Origin: Oceanispirochaeta sp.
GTDB taxonomy: Bacteria > Spirochaetota > Spirochaetia > DSM-2461
NCBI GenBank assembly: GCA_963666275.2
Contig: CAXXOA010000002.1
Location: forward strand, 1,120,001-1,184,000
DNA length: 64,000 nucleotides
Reading direction: 5' to 3'
The notes under the pieces are model-generated. The model worked only from the letters and a program-made list of their open reading frames with translations. It was not told where the DNA came from and did not search any database. Both the position numbers and the translations under genes were made by a program. The stretch's first letter is position 1; every line of letters begins with the position of its first letter. Of this stretch, positions 1 to 10,269 are shown in pieces.

Positions 1-698
1 TCGTTAAAGCAGAGATTCTCAATATTATAAAGGAACAGAATCCCCGGTTGAAAAAGCTTCCTTCCGAAGGGGATCTGTCCCGCATTCTGGGAGTCAGCAT
101 CTCCACCATACGGGAAGCTCTCAGACTCCTCAATAAAGAGGGGTTTATAACCAAAAAACACGGATCAGGGAACTATATCCACTGGAGCGCCCTGGATTGT
201 CCCATGCGGATAGATCTTATCTTCGATTTCCGGCAGCTCATGGCGGACAGCGGAAACCCAGTCTCGGAAATTACAGAGCGAATGAGGGAAGTGAAGTCGG
301 GATATCTGGAAAAAGAGACCCTCAGCCTGCCTGAGGGGAGTGACATCCTTGAATATACAAGAACCTATGTTTCCTTTGCGGGAACAGGAATCCTCTCAGT
401 GAGCAGTGTTCCCCGGGATCTTGTAAAAAGAGACGGACTGGACAGAGATTCTTTTGCCACTCTGGGAGATTTTATCTGGCAGAGCTGCGGCAGGGAGGTG
501 GCCCACTCTCTGTGCACATTTATTCCTGTCATCTCTGATGAAGAGCTGAACAGTGTTTTCGGCTTTCATGAAAACAAGGCACTGATCCAGTGGCAGGAGA
601 TCTTCTATGATCAGGAGGATGATCCTGTCCTTACCACAAAAGTGTACTTCAATCCGGATCTGATCATTATGAGTCTTTTACGCAAACAGGATCACTGA
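1..698 (+). CDS. GntR-family regulator with UTRA domain (5' end outside window)
   Basis: KLPSEGDLSRILGVSISTIREAL...GSGNY wHTH; frame is open back to the window edge. Confidence 0.85.
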   Translation, partial: VKAEILNIIKEQNPRLKKLPSEGDLSRILGVSISTIREALRLLNKEGFITKKHGSGNYIHWSALDCPMRIDLIFDFRQLMADSGNPVSEITERMREVKSGYLEKETLSLPEGSDILEYTRTYVSFAGTGILSVSSVPRDLVKRDGLDRDSFATLGDFIWQSCGREVAHSLCTFIPVISDEELNSVFGFHENKALIQWQEIFYDQEDDPVLTTKVYFNPDLIIMSLLRKQDH

Positions 699-724
699 AG
701 CCGGACCCCGGAGGAAGAGATCCC

Positions 725-1570
725 TTAAACATCATTCAGTCTGTTCAGCAGGGTTTCCTTTGTTTCATCAAGGCTGCTGATCGTTTCAGGAGAGCCGCAT
801 ACGGCAAGGACTGTGAACAGGACATCCGCCAGGTACATAAGAGACAGGCGGGACTCTGTCGTCCCCGTATAGGCATAGATATCCAGATAGCTCCCGATCA
901 GAGTGTAATCTGATAACAGGGCCAGAGGGGATTCCTCATTGTTGGTCATACAGACTATCGTCGCCTGATTCTTTTTTGCCTTTTCGGCCATCTCGATCAT
1001 ATCCCTGTCGTATCCCGAAAATGAGAGGAACCAGGCTATGTCATTCCTTTTCAGATTGTTGGCTGATATCTGCTGGAAAACAAGATCTGTCTGGAAAATC
1101 GATTCTATCCCCAGCCGGGAAAATTTATTCAGCAGGTCAAGTGCGACCACAGAGGATCCTCCGACACTGAAAAGCTGTATCTTCTTTTTGCTGAGGATTA
1201 AATTCACAAGCTTGTCCAGCTGAAGGGGATCCAGCTGGTTCAGGGTTTTTTCAAGGGCACTGCACTCTTTTGAAAAAATTTTGGCAGCAATCCCCATGGT
1301 TGAGTCATCAGCGCTGACTCCCTCCTGCAGCAGGGAGTAGCTGGCGGCGACCTGATGGGCCACCGCAAAGGAGAAAGCTCTGAAATTCTCATATCCCAGT
1401 TTTCTGCAGAACCGGGAGATGGTGGATTTACTGGCGCCGGTTATTTTCGACATGTTTACGATGGAAATATTTTCAATGTCCTCCAGGTTGGCGAGAACAT
1501 AATCTTTCAGACTTTTTTCAGTTTTTGAAAAAGTATTCTTTTTATCCTCCAGTTTCGCTAGTAAATCCAT
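725..1570 (-). CDS. RpiR/MurR-family regulator (HTH + SIS)
   Basis: SKSTISRFCRKLGYENF HTH; SVGGS and SFSG SIS motifs. Confidence 0.9.
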   Translation of the reverse strand: MDLLAKLEDKKNTFSKTEKSLKDYVLANLEDIENISIVNMSKITGASKSTISRFCRKLGYENFRAFSFAVAHQVAASYSLLQEGVSADDSTMGIAAKIFSKECSALEKTLNQLDPLQLDKLVNLILSKKKIQLFSVGGSSVVALDLLNKFSRLGIESIFQTDLVFQQISANNLKRNDIAWFLSFSGYDRDMIEMAEKAKKNQATIVCMTNNEESPLALLSDYTLIGSYLDIYAYTGTTESRLSLMYLADVLFTVLAVCGSPETISSLDETKETLLNRLNDV

Positions 1571-1591
1571 AGTGTTCTCAGAGCCCTCTCT

Positions 1592-2212
1592 TTATTGTTT
1601 TGATTCGAAAATCCTCTTCCCTTCATTGTAGATCAGCGTGGTTTCGGCAAGTTTTTTCACCAGGGAGCTCACGGTTTCAAATCCGATTGTATCATCTTCC
1701 TGCTGCAGATCCTTGATATCTCTGGACCATACTTTTCCGCCGATATACCCTCTTTCCTCATTGCTCACAACGTTGAATCCTCTTGTCATAAGCAGATGAA
1801 GAATGGTGTTCAGAGCTGATTCCTGGCCACCGTTTCTTGTGCCGCCCACAGTAAAGCCCGCTCCCAGTTTATTCCGCAGGACTCCCGGTTTCATTACACC
1901 AACAGGCCTGAGCCGGGAAAAAAACGCCATAAGCTGAGGCGTGATGGTGTGCACATAAACAGGGCTTCCTATCAGAACCGCATCAGCGGTAATAAAAGAA
2001 TCGATAAGGCTCTGCATATCGTCCTTGAAAATACACCATGATTTGTTTTTTCTACAAGATCCGCATCCGTTGCAGGGGGCTATTTTTTTACCGCGCAATG
2101 AAATTATCTCAGTTTCAATGTCTTCGCCTGCTACTTCAGAAAGGGCGTTTTCAAGTATGTTAAGTGTGGCTCCCTTTCTGGGACTTCCTGATAATCCTAA
2201 AATTCTGATCAT
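1592..2212 (-). CDS. Flavodoxin-family / iron-sulfur flavoprotein
   Basis: GSPRKG, CxxCxxC-x6-C, GSPVY, GGTRNGGQE. Confidence 0.85.
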   Translation of the reverse strand: MIRILGLSGSPRKGATLNILENALSEVAGEDIETEIISLRGKKIAPCNGCGSCRKNKSWCIFKDDMQSLIDSFITADAVLIGSPVYVHTITPQLMAFFSRLRPVGVMKPGVLRNKLGAGFTVGGTRNGGQESALNTILHLLMTRGFNVVSNEERGYIGGKVWSRDIKDLQQEDDTIGFETVSSLVKKLAETTLIYNEGKRIFESKQ

Positions 2213-2264
2213 ATCTTAATCCTTTGTTCTCTTACTCTGAAATGGAAACAGGTCTCCCTGAATC

Positions 2265-3602
2265 TCACTGTTTAAGGAAAGCATCCAGATCCACAGCGGG
2301 ATAGGTGACTCTTCTGTAATCATCTTTTATCTTAAGGTCAATGGTCGCATCGATGGCGAATTTTGTCTGCATTCCCTCTTCGTCGGTGGTGGGGTCATTT
2401 TCCATTCCCTGGGCATAGGGAACCGTCACAATGTCCTTATTCGCATCCACCCGGGTGGACATGGCCCATAGGATGTCAGCGGGAAGATAGATGTTCACAT
2501 CAGGGTCCACAACCACAGCAATTTTGATATTCACATGGGTCATCAGAGCCGCCATGGCCACATTCTTGGGTTCTCCCGAATTGGTTTTGCTCAGAGCCAC
2601 AATCGCCATAAATCCCCCTGTGTAGGGTGTGAGGTGAACATCGGTCACATTGGGAGACACATGGGAAACCATCCTTTTCAGCATGGGTTCACGGGACAGC
2701 ACGTTTCCTACATTTATATGCTCATTGGAGGCGGGAATAATCGTCTGATAGATTGGATTATTCCGATAACAGATGGAAGTCACCTCTATCACAGGCATAT
2801 ACTGATGCTCTCCATAGTGTCCTGTAAACTCGGCAAGAGGGCCTTCGTCTTCCCACTCTTTTATCTTGACAAATCCTTCCACCAGAATCTCCGTATCGGC
2901 GGGAACATTGATATCCACAGCGTTGCCTCGGGCCACTTTCAGGGGTTCCCCGTTCAGGGCTCCCGCCAGGTAGGCTTCATCCTCTTCAATGCGGAATCCA
3001 GTAGAGATTTCCACTGCCGGATCCACGCCGATGGCAATGGCTATGGGCATATCTTCCCCTTTTGCCTCATACTTTTTAAAATTCTGATAGATATGCCTCC
3101 ACTCGTTCATCATCAGTCCCAGTTTCCGGGGGCCCTTGACCTGCAGTCGGTTGAAGGAAAAGTTCTGCCTTCCCGTTTCGGGATCTTTGGAGACTATAAT
3201 CCCTCCGGTTATATAGGGGCCTGCATCGCCGGAATTGTGATGGGGAATGGGAAGCTGTTCCAGGAGATTGATATCCTCTCCGCTTATGATGTTCTCCAGG
3301 AACGGGGGATTTTCCACAACTTCCGGAGCCATCAGTCTGCCCAGTGCCTCATCTACTTTCTGATTTATCTCCTGTTCTGTACAGTCCAGAGCCAGGGCAA
3401 TGCGCTTCATATGACCCAGTACTCCGCCGACGATGGGAATCCCCGAAGGATTGTCCGTATTGGTAAACAGTCCGGCTGGTCTTCCTTCTTTTTCCATGGC
3501 ATTTTCAATTGCCGCGAATTCAAAATCCAGTTTCACTTTTTTATCAATTTCAATCAATTGACCGTTCTGTTTCAGTTTTTCTAAAAATTGTCTCAGTTCC
3601 AT
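2265..3602 (-). CDS. UbiD-family (prFMN-dependent) decarboxylase
   Basis: DAGPYIT, NFSFNRLQ, EGPLAEFTGHY, VVVDPDVNI...WAMSTR. Confidence 0.92.
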   Translation of the reverse strand: MELRQFLEKLKQNGQLIEIDKKVKLDFEFAAIENAMEKEGRPAGLFTNTDNPSGIPIVGGVLGHMKRIALALDCTEQEINQKVDEALGRLMAPEVVENPPFLENIISGEDINLLEQLPIPHHNSGDAGPYITGGIIVSKDPETGRQNFSFNRLQVKGPRKLGLMMNEWRHIYQNFKKYEAKGEDMPIAIAIGVDPAVEISTGFRIEEDEAYLAGALNGEPLKVARGNAVDINVPADTEILVEGFVKIKEWEDEGPLAEFTGHYGEHQYMPVIEVTSICYRNNPIYQTIIPASNEHINVGNVLSREPMLKRMVSHVSPNVTDVHLTPYTGGFMAIVALSKTNSGEPKNVAMAALMTHVNIKIAVVVDPDVNIYLPADILWAMSTRVDANKDIVTVPYAQGMENDPTTDEEGMQTKFAIDATIDLKIKDDYRRVTYPAVDLDAFLKQ

Positions 3603-3715
3603 ATATTCTCCGGAAATTTTATGATCCTCGGAGATCTTAAGAAAAGATCTCTGGGGGTTGAGCGGACCCGGCAGCCCCGGGAAGGGGGCCGGGATTTTTT
3701 TTGTGAGCAGGTCTC

Positions 3716-4522
3716 CTATTTAAGGATTCCCTCTTTGACAAAGGTATGCCTGATATCGGTGGCATGCTTCTGGAACAGGGGTGTATCCTGGATGCTTAGA
3801 TCTCTCGGCCGTTTCAGGTCGTCCAGTTCTTTGGTATAGAGCACTCTTCCCGGCCGTTTTGACATTACCAGGACTCTGTCCGCAAGGAACACGGCCTCGT
3901 AGATGTTATGGGTTATGAAAAGCACCGTATTGCAGTTCTTCTGCCATATCTTTACAAGGTCGGCAGTCATCTGTTCCCGGGTCAGCGAGTCAAGAGCACC
4001 GAAGGGCTCGTCCATCAGGAGCAGGGGCGGGCGGGTAATCAGGGCCCGGCAGATGGATACACGCTGCCGCATTCCTCCTGAAAGTTCATAGGGGTATCTG
4101 TTTTCAAACCCCGCCAGCCCGGCCATTTCAAGGAGTTCCATGGCCCTGTCCCTGTATTTTTCAACGGGTCCCAGCTTTTTGATCTCTATAGGGAGCAGGA
4201 CATTCTCTATCACAGAGCGCCAGTCCATCAGGAAGTCCTGCTGAAAAACAAATCCAATATCTGTGTAGGGTTTCTCCACCAGCTGATCGGCTATTCTGAT
4301 CTCTCCGGTGGAACTCTTTAAAAGTCCGCTGATAAGCATCAGCAGCGTACTCTTTCCACAGCCGCTGGGACCAACTATGGACAGGAACTCTCCGGCCTTT
4401 ATATCCAGGGAAAATTCCTCCAGCGCCTGAAGGGGGCCATCGGACGTTTCATACACTTTGGTAACACCTGATATTTTTATGGGAAGGCCCTTTGCTGAGC
4501 CGTTGTTTTCAAATTCACTCAC
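3716..4522 (-). CDS. NitT/TauT-family ABC transporter ATPase (start uncertain; ORF extends to 4609)
   Basis: [28 protein letters not shown]. Confidence 0.9.
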   Translation of the reverse strand: MSEFENNGSAKGLPIKISGVTKVYETSDGPLQALEEFSLDIKAGEFLSIVGPSGCGKSTLLMLISGLLKSSTGEIRIADQLVEKPYTDIGFVFQQDFLMDWRSVIENVLLPIEIKKLGPVEKYRDRAMELLEMAGLAGFENRYPYELSGGMRQRVSICRALITRPPLLLMDEPFGALDSLTREQMTADLVKIWQKNCNTVLFITHNIYEAVFLADRVLVMSKRPGRVLYTKELDDLKRPRDLSIQDTPLFQKHATDIRHTFVKEGILK

Positions 4523-4565
4523 AGTTCTCTCCTCTCTGCTTTTATATTCTTTGCCATTGCCTCTG

Positions 4566-5414
4566 TTACTCTTTGCGGTTGGGGTCACCTTTGATACACA
4601 CTTTTTCAATCAGGTTCACCACATTAAAAAGGACAATTCCCATGAGGGAAAGGATTATAAGGATCGCAAATACCATCGGGGTATCAAGATTGCCTCCGGC
4701 TACAACCTGGTAGTATCCCAGACCTTTGTTGGCGGCAACGTATTCTCCCACAACAGCTCCGACCACCGAAAGGGTTATACCGACTTTCAGTCCCGCAAAG
4801 ATATTGGGAAGAGCCTGGGGAACCCTGAATTTCCAGAACTGCTGCATTCCAGAAGCACCCAGGGAACGGGCCAGGTAGAGCATCTCCCTGCTTATGGATT
4901 TCAGACCGATGACGGAGTTGACAATAATAGGGAAAAAACACACAAGAAAGGCAACCATCAGGGTCGGGATAATACTGAATCCGAACCAGGCTACAAGGAT
5001 AGGAGCCAGGGCCACTTTGGGAATCGCCTGAGCGGAAACCAGCAGAGCGTAGGCAGTCTTTTCAAACAGGGGAACATAGACAATCAATATGGCCAGAGGA
5101 AAACCGACGCCCATGGCAATCAGGAATCCGAGAAGCACTTCGTAAAGGGTCACCCAGCTGTGTCCGGCCAGAACCCGCCAGTTTTCGGCAACAGTTTTCA
5201 ATATTACCGAAGGGGCGGGAATCAGATAGATCGGTGCATCCAGAATCCTGACAAGAAACTCCCACAGAACTATCAGGAAAACAACTGAGAAGATAGTATA
5301 CATATTATTCGTGAAAAAAGAGAGACACACTCTCTCCTTCTTTTTTGTGCCCGCTTTACTTCTCTTTTCCGCGGGACCACTATTTCCCAATATTTCTGCC
5401 ATAAAGAACATCAC
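4566..5414 (-). CDS. NitT/TauT-family ABC permease
   Basis: IPAPS, QAIPKVALAP, ARSLGAS, VVGEY. Confidence 0.9.
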   Translation of the reverse strand: MMFFMAEILGNSGPAEKRSKAGTKKKERVCLSFFTNNMYTIFSVVFLIVLWEFLVRILDAPIYLIPAPSVILKTVAENWRVLAGHSWVTLYEVLLGFLIAMGVGFPLAILIVYVPLFEKTAYALLVSAQAIPKVALAPILVAWFGFSIIPTLMVAFLVCFFPIIVNSVIGLKSISREMLYLARSLGASGMQQFWKFRVPQALPNIFAGLKVGITLSVVGAVVGEYVAANKGLGYYQVVAGGNLDTPMVFAILIILSLMGIVLFNVVNLIEKVCIKGDPNRKE

Positions 5415-5495
5415 CTCTAATATTTAATTAAGTTATGGAGACCCGGCGGTTTTCCACCGGGACTCCTGTATAGTTTTCAGAAAACTCAGATTGTA

Positions 5496-6542
5496 TTACT
5501 CATCAATAAATGCATTTGTATAGTATTCGCCAACGGGTTCACGGGAATCCAGAGCTCCGTTGTCATACATGATAGCGATAGTACGTTCGAGACTGTCTTC
5601 TGATATCCATCCGTAGGGTTTCCCTTCTGTCTCTTCGGTGCTGAACAGCTCGATGGTTCTGGCTACCTGATTCCTTGTAATTTCCTTATTGAGTTTATCA
5701 GGGAAGAGTGAGTACATAAGGTCAGCCGCTTCCTCGGGATGAGCCACGGTATATTCTGCTCCTCTCCGTACAGCTCTGTTGACAGCGGCGACAATTTCGG
5801 GATTCTCTTCAATGTATTTATCCGAAGCAACCAGTCCGTGAGCCATCATGTTGAAACCGAAGTCTCCAATGAAGAAATAATTGAAATCTTTTCCGGTTTT
5901 GGCTTCCAGAGTCGCCAGGTCATTGGTTGAGTAACCGGCCATCATCTCAACATTACCGTTCAGGAAGGCGGCCGTTTTGGCGCCCCAGTCGGCTATGATC
6001 AGATTGACACTGTCGGTATCCACTCCGTTATAGCTCAGAAAGGCATCCAGAATCATCTGCATGGATCCACCAGCTGTATCCACAATGGTTTTACCAGCCA
6101 TATCTGCAGGGGTCTCCAGTTTTACTTCCGGCAGGGCCATAACAACCTGGGGCAGCTTCTGCAAATAGCATGATGTCATTTTGATCTTCATCCCTTTGGA
6201 ACGGGCAACAATAGCGTCATCGGCGGCAAGATAGGAAAACTGGTCGTCTCCTGATACAAGCAGCTGAGCCGGAGTGGCTTTTTCCGAACCTTCAAGGATG
6301 GTTATGTCGATACCTTCTTCGGCAAAATATCCCAGCTCCTGGGCTACAAAAAGATGGGCGTATTCCCCTTTGATGAGCCAGCTGAGCCTTAGATTAACGG
6401 GGGTGAGTCCGTTTTCTCCTGCTGTACTGTCATCCGATGATCCATTGGCAAAACAGAATGTTGAAGCACCCGTCGCCATCAGTAAAACCATTCCAATCTT
6501 CCAGAATCCCTTAAGAACTCTGTTCCCGTTTAAAATACTCAT
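5496..6542 (-). CDS. NMT1/THI5-like ABC substrate-binding protein
   Basis: Signal peptide; LRLSW...VAQELGYFAEEGIDI. Confidence 0.88.
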   Translation of the reverse strand: MSILNGNRVLKGFWKIGMVLLMATGASTFCFANGSSDDSTAGENGLTPVNLRLSWLIKGEYAHLFVAQELGYFAEEGIDITILEGSEKATPAQLLVSGDDQFSYLAADDAIVARSKGMKIKMTSCYLQKLPQVVMALPEVKLETPADMAGKTIVDTAGGSMQMILDAFLSYNGVDTDSVNLIIADWGAKTAAFLNGNVEMMAGYSTNDLATLEAKTGKDFNYFFIGDFGFNMMAHGLVASDKYIEENPEIVAAVNRAVRRGAEYTVAHPEEAADLMYSLFPDKLNKEITRNQVARTIELFSTEETEGKPYGWISEDSLERTIAIMYDNGALDSREPVGEYYTNAFIDE

Positions 6543-6645
6543 GTAAGCCTCCTAAGCCTTTTTGGAATAAGTGGGTTGTTTTAGTCACCCACTCATCCGA
6601 TCAATTTGAAATTTTGAATTTTCTTCCCCAAAGAATTTACTTTCT

Positions 6646-6813
6646 TCGCTAGCTAACAATTTTTTTATATCATGAGGCCAACTATTGATCTATAAAATAA
6701 AAACTAATTTCATAAAATAAATTAAAATGAAAATATGTTCCAATTTCTGATTGACCCTGCATCATGATTCCGATAATAATTATTTTTATAGAAAATATTT
6801 CGTCGCTAGCTAA
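6646..6813. promoter_or_regulatory. Divergent promoter region with two TCGCTAGCTAA copies and GAAAATAT(G)TTC boxes; candidate operators
   Basis: 11-bp direct repeat at 6646-6656 and 6803-6813 in an AT-rich intergenic region. Confidence 0.35.
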
Positions 6814-7029
6814 TTTTCTATATTTAATAAATACTTATTATGTATGTATATAATGATTTATTTATCCAGAGGGTCTTGACGCAGATCGGACTCTGAAGAT
6901 TCTTTTTTTCAATGGATTCCCTCCTTCGCTAAAGGCGGATCCTTCGGAAATCCCACGGGGAAAAAGAGCGGAGATATTATTTGAAACTACAAATATGTAT
7001 GAAACTGAGCTGGTTGTAAGGAGAAGAGT

Positions 7030-7236
7030 ATGCCGGTTGTTAATGTTATGTTATGGGAAGGCAGAACTGTCGAACAGAAGAGAGAATTGGCTGCTTCAAT
7101 CACAGAGAGTGTGGTTGAAATCGGCAAATGTCCCAGAGAGAGTGTGGTTGTAACCTTCAGTGATTTTCAGAAATCAGACTGGGCTGAAGGAGGTTACCTG
7201 GCAATAGATAAGGTCAGATATCCGAAAGAAGATTAA
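7030..7236 (+). CDS. 4-oxalocrotonate tautomerase family protein
   Basis: Pro after Met (MPVVNV), EGRTVEQKREL, WAEGG. Confidence 0.9.
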   Translation: MPVVNVMLWEGRTVEQKRELAASITESVVEIGKCPRESVVVTFSDFQKSDWAEGGYLAIDKVRYPKED

Positions 7237-7296
7237 TCTTTTTATTCAGAAAAAAAATTACATAGAATGAATCCTATTCAGGATCAGGAGGAAATT

Positions 7297-7704
7297 ATGA
7301 GTACACAGCATACAATTCTTGTTCAGGGGGCCGTCTTTTATGCCTACCACGGGGCAACCCCGGAACAGATTAAACAGGGACAGCGCTTTATTATCGATGC
7401 CGAAGTCAGTTCGGACATGAGCAAGGCCTGTCAGGATGATTCGGTGGAAGGGATTGTGAATTACCCTGAAATTTTCAAAATCATTGAAGATATCACGACC
7501 AATGAAAGATTCAATCTCATGCAGAAACTGGCATTGAGGATTATTGAAAAAATTAAAAGTGATTTCCCCGATGTCAGCAGAATCAGTCTTTCCGCCAGAA
7601 AAGCCATGTGTCCTTTCTACCGTGACTGCAAAACAGTACCGGGCGGAGGCGGTTTTATTACAGATAACGGCGGATGCGGCGTGACTCTGGTTCGGAATTT
7701 CTAA
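7297..7704 (+). CDS. FolB/dihydroneopterin aldolase-like T-fold protein, paralogue 1
   Basis: FYAYHG...GQRFIID, VNY, FNLMQ; GGAGG RBS before ATG 7297. Confidence 0.8.
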   Translation: MSTQHTILVQGAVFYAYHGATPEQIKQGQRFIIDAEVSSDMSKACQDDSVEGIVNYPEIFKIIEDITTNERFNLMQKLALRIIEKIKSDFPDVSRISLSARKAMCPFYRDCKTVPGGGGFITDNGGCGVTLVRNF

Positions 7705-7728
7705 TCAAATATAGAGGGGAAATAGAAT

Positions 7729-8097
7729 ATGAAAAATTATGATATACTGAAATCAAACGGGATGATGTTCTGGGGAAACCATGGTCTGACCGAAGAGCAG
7801 AATGTAATGGGAACCAAATTTGTCGTAGACATTGAAGTGACCCTGGATATGTCAAATCAGTTTGCGGAAGATCAGCTGAGCAGCGGCCTTACCTATACGG
7901 ATCTTTATCTGATTACACAGCAGGTTGTGACTCAGGAGCATTATAAAACCATACAGAGAGTGGCTCAGAGAATTACCGATGAGATTAAAAACACCTCAAA
8001 AACACCCATCGAAGGTGTATCTGTCACTGTAAAAGAGCAGTTTCCCGCTATTCCGGGGTCCAATGTTGAATACATAGGTTTTACTCTGAACAGTTAA
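7729..8097 (+). CDS. FolB-like T-fold protein, paralogue 2
   Basis: FWGNHG...GTKFVVD, LTY, PAIPG. Confidence 0.75.
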   Translation: MKNYDILKSNGMMFWGNHGLTEEQNVMGTKFVVDIEVTLDMSNQFAEDQLSSGLTYTDLYLITQQVVTQEHYKTIQRVAQRITDEIKNTSKTPIEGVSVTVKEQFPAIPGSNVEYIGFTLNS

Positions 8098-8246
8098 TGG
8101 CTGAAAATGGGGACTGCCCGGAACCTCGGGGGAGGTCCCCTCTTTTCCCTTTCGGAAATATAAACAATTGTAGAAATGTGGCATACTGAAGCGTCACACA
8201 GATTCACATCATCTGAACTGACCATCTGAACCGACACGGAGAAAGA

Positions 8247-9473
8247 ATGATTATTAATTGGCAGAAGAATCTCTGGATTGTCTGGACCGCACAGATCTGC
8301 AGTCTGGCGGGATTTCACTTTGCCCTTCCTTTTCTTCCCTATTTTATACAGGAACTGGGAGTGACAGATTCTGCAAAGGTAAAACTCTGGACCGGTATTA
8401 TGTCCAGTGCTCCCGCTGTGACCATGGCCATCATGGCACCGGTCTGGGGAATCCTGGCAGACAGAATCGGAAAGAAGATGATGCTTCTGAGAGCCATGTT
8501 CTGCGGAACATTTATTCTTGCTGGTTTAAGCCTGGCCGGGTCTGTCACCGTTGTGGTCACCCTGCGGCTGCTGCAGGGACTCCTGTCGGGAACCATGACC
8601 GCCTCGGCAGCGCTGATTTCTTCGGGAACCCCCCGGAAAAAATTGAGTTATGCCCTGGGAATGCTCTCATCTTCCAACTTTATCGGGATGTCTCTGGGGC
8701 CTCTTGTCGGGGGCGTCACGGCGGAATATTTCGGATACCGTATCAGTTTTCTCATCGGAGCGTTTATTCATCTGACAGGGTTTCTTCTCGTACTTTTTGC
8801 GGTCAGGGAAAACCGGGAGAATCCGGAGGGAGTCGAAGAAGAGAAAACAGAAACTCCCAATGATTCCGGGAGAGTTCCCCTTTTCAATTTCACAATCATC
8901 GGGGGACTCTGCATCCTTCTGGTTCTCCGCCTGTCCAGAAACCTTCCCATACCTTTTATCCCTCTCTATGTACAGGAGTTTCTGGGGACCATGGAGGGGG
9001 CTTCCACCATGACGGGGGTCATTTCCTTCGGAAGGGGAGCTATGACGGCGCTGGCGTCTGTGACAATTGTCAGAATGGGTGACCGCATAAACAGAATGAA
9101 GCTGATAACCCTTCTTCTGGGAATTACCGCTGTCCTGAGTATCCCCGTCCCTTTTGCTGCCGATCTGGCGGGGTTTTCCTTCTTTCTGATCCTTTCCACA
9201 TTTTTCCTGGGAGGGATAGAACCCCTTGTTCAGTCGGAAATCATAAGTACAGTACCGCCCCGGAAACGGGGACTTATATTCGGGATTCAGACCACTGTGA
9301 GCAATATAGGCTGGTCAGCTGCTCCCATGATAGGCTCTCTTATCAGTATCAAACTGGGTATTTCCATGGTATTCCTGGCAATGGTTGCCTTTATGACTCT
9401 CTCGACTCTGATCTCTTTTTTCTTTGCGGTCTTGCAGAAAAGACTTGTACTGCCCGCAGAAACCGGGTTCTGA
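8247..9473 (+). CDS. MFS transporter (MdtG-like)
   Basis: WQKNLW, PFLPYFIQELG, WGILADRIGKK. Confidence 0.9.
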   Translation: MIINWQKNLWIVWTAQICSLAGFHFALPFLPYFIQELGVTDSAKVKLWTGIMSSAPAVTMAIMAPVWGILADRIGKKMMLLRAMFCGTFILAGLSLAGSVTVVVTLRLLQGLLSGTMTASAALISSGTPRKKLSYALGMLSSSNFIGMSLGPLVGGVTAEYFGYRISFLIGAFIHLTGFLLVLFAVRENRENPEGVEEEKTETPNDSGRVPLFNFTIIGGLCILLVLRLSRNLPIPFIPLYVQEFLGTMEGASTMTGVISFGRGAMTALASVTIVRMGDRINRMKLITLLLGITAVLSIPVPFAADLAGFSFFLILSTFFLGGIEPLVQSEIISTVPPRKRGLIFGIQTTVSNIGWSAAPMIGSLISIKLGISMVFLAMVAFMTLSTLISFFFAVLQKRLVLPAETGF

Positions 9474-9541
9474 AAAGGAGCAGGCTGTGACGGATATTCT
9501 CTTATTCAGATCTTTTGGAAGATTGTGGTATTATACGGTTT

Positions 9542-9745
9542 ATGAAAGAACGGATAGGCGAGTATTTTGTGCGGCTGGACCTCCTCTCACTGGAGCAGGC
9601 CGAAGAGATTTTACGGGTTCAGGAAACCAAAGAACCTCGAAAGAAATTCGGTGAGATAGCTCTGGAGCTGGGATATATTACCGACGACGATCTGGAGGAG
9701 GCTCTGCCCGGGGAGTCATTTTCTCCTCCGGCGGCTACTGAATAA
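9542..9745 (+). CDS. Small stand-alone MshEN-like protein
   Basis: RIGEYFVRLDLLSLEQAEEILRVQ ... KFGEIALELGYITDDDLEEAL tandem motif. Confidence 0.65.
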   Translation: MKERIGEYFVRLDLLSLEQAEEILRVQETKEPRKKFGEIALELGYITDDDLEEALPGESFSPPAATE

Positions 9746-10223
9746 TCCTGAGGCTCTCAAATCCCAGATGGTTGAGTATCTCCCTGATCACAAGGAGGGC
9801 CAGATATTCGGTATGATTCATTGACTTGTCACTGTAAACAGGGGAACGTCCCATGCTGAGCAGGGCAAACTGGGTGAATTTCTCTTCAATATGCTCTTTC
9901 GTATACTCGGTGAGCTCCGCTTCTTCCAGATGGAATATCCGGATAAGTTCTTTATCGTCCGTATAGAGATTCAGTCCTTTGTGATTGACCAGCGCCGGAT
10001 CGCTCATCAGCTCATCTTCTATGTAGTTGATGGCCCATTCAATCTCAGCTTCCGTGGGAATCTCACTGCGGATAAACTTTTCCGCCACATGGTTCCAGTC
10101 TATACGGGCTCTGCCTGTTTCCCTGAGGGAGTCTCCCTCCTGTTCGGAAAAGATTATATAGGAATCTTCCTTTTTCATAAGAAGATAATTCTTTTCCTGT
10201 ATAGCTTTACTGCTGTTTTCCAT
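9735..10223 (-). CDS. Hypothetical protein
   Basis: 162-aa ORF with GGAG RBS, following the GGDEF gene. Confidence 0.6.
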   Translation of the reverse strand: MENSSKAIQEKNYLLMKKEDSYIIFSEQEGDSLRETGRARIDWNHVAEKFIRSEIPTEAEIEWAINYIEDELMSDPALVNHKGLNLYTDDKELIRIFHLEEAELTEYTKEHIEEKFTQFALLSMGRSPVYSDKSMNHTEYLALLVIREILNHLGFESLRIIQ

Positions 10224-10269
10224 AGTCTCTCCTTTTTCACAGCCTGTCTGTATCTTTTTTTGGAAAAGA

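Noticed and set aside
6860..6975. SAM-I riboswitch suggested by TTATCCAGAG
   Set aside because: The downstream conserved SAM-I elements are absent.
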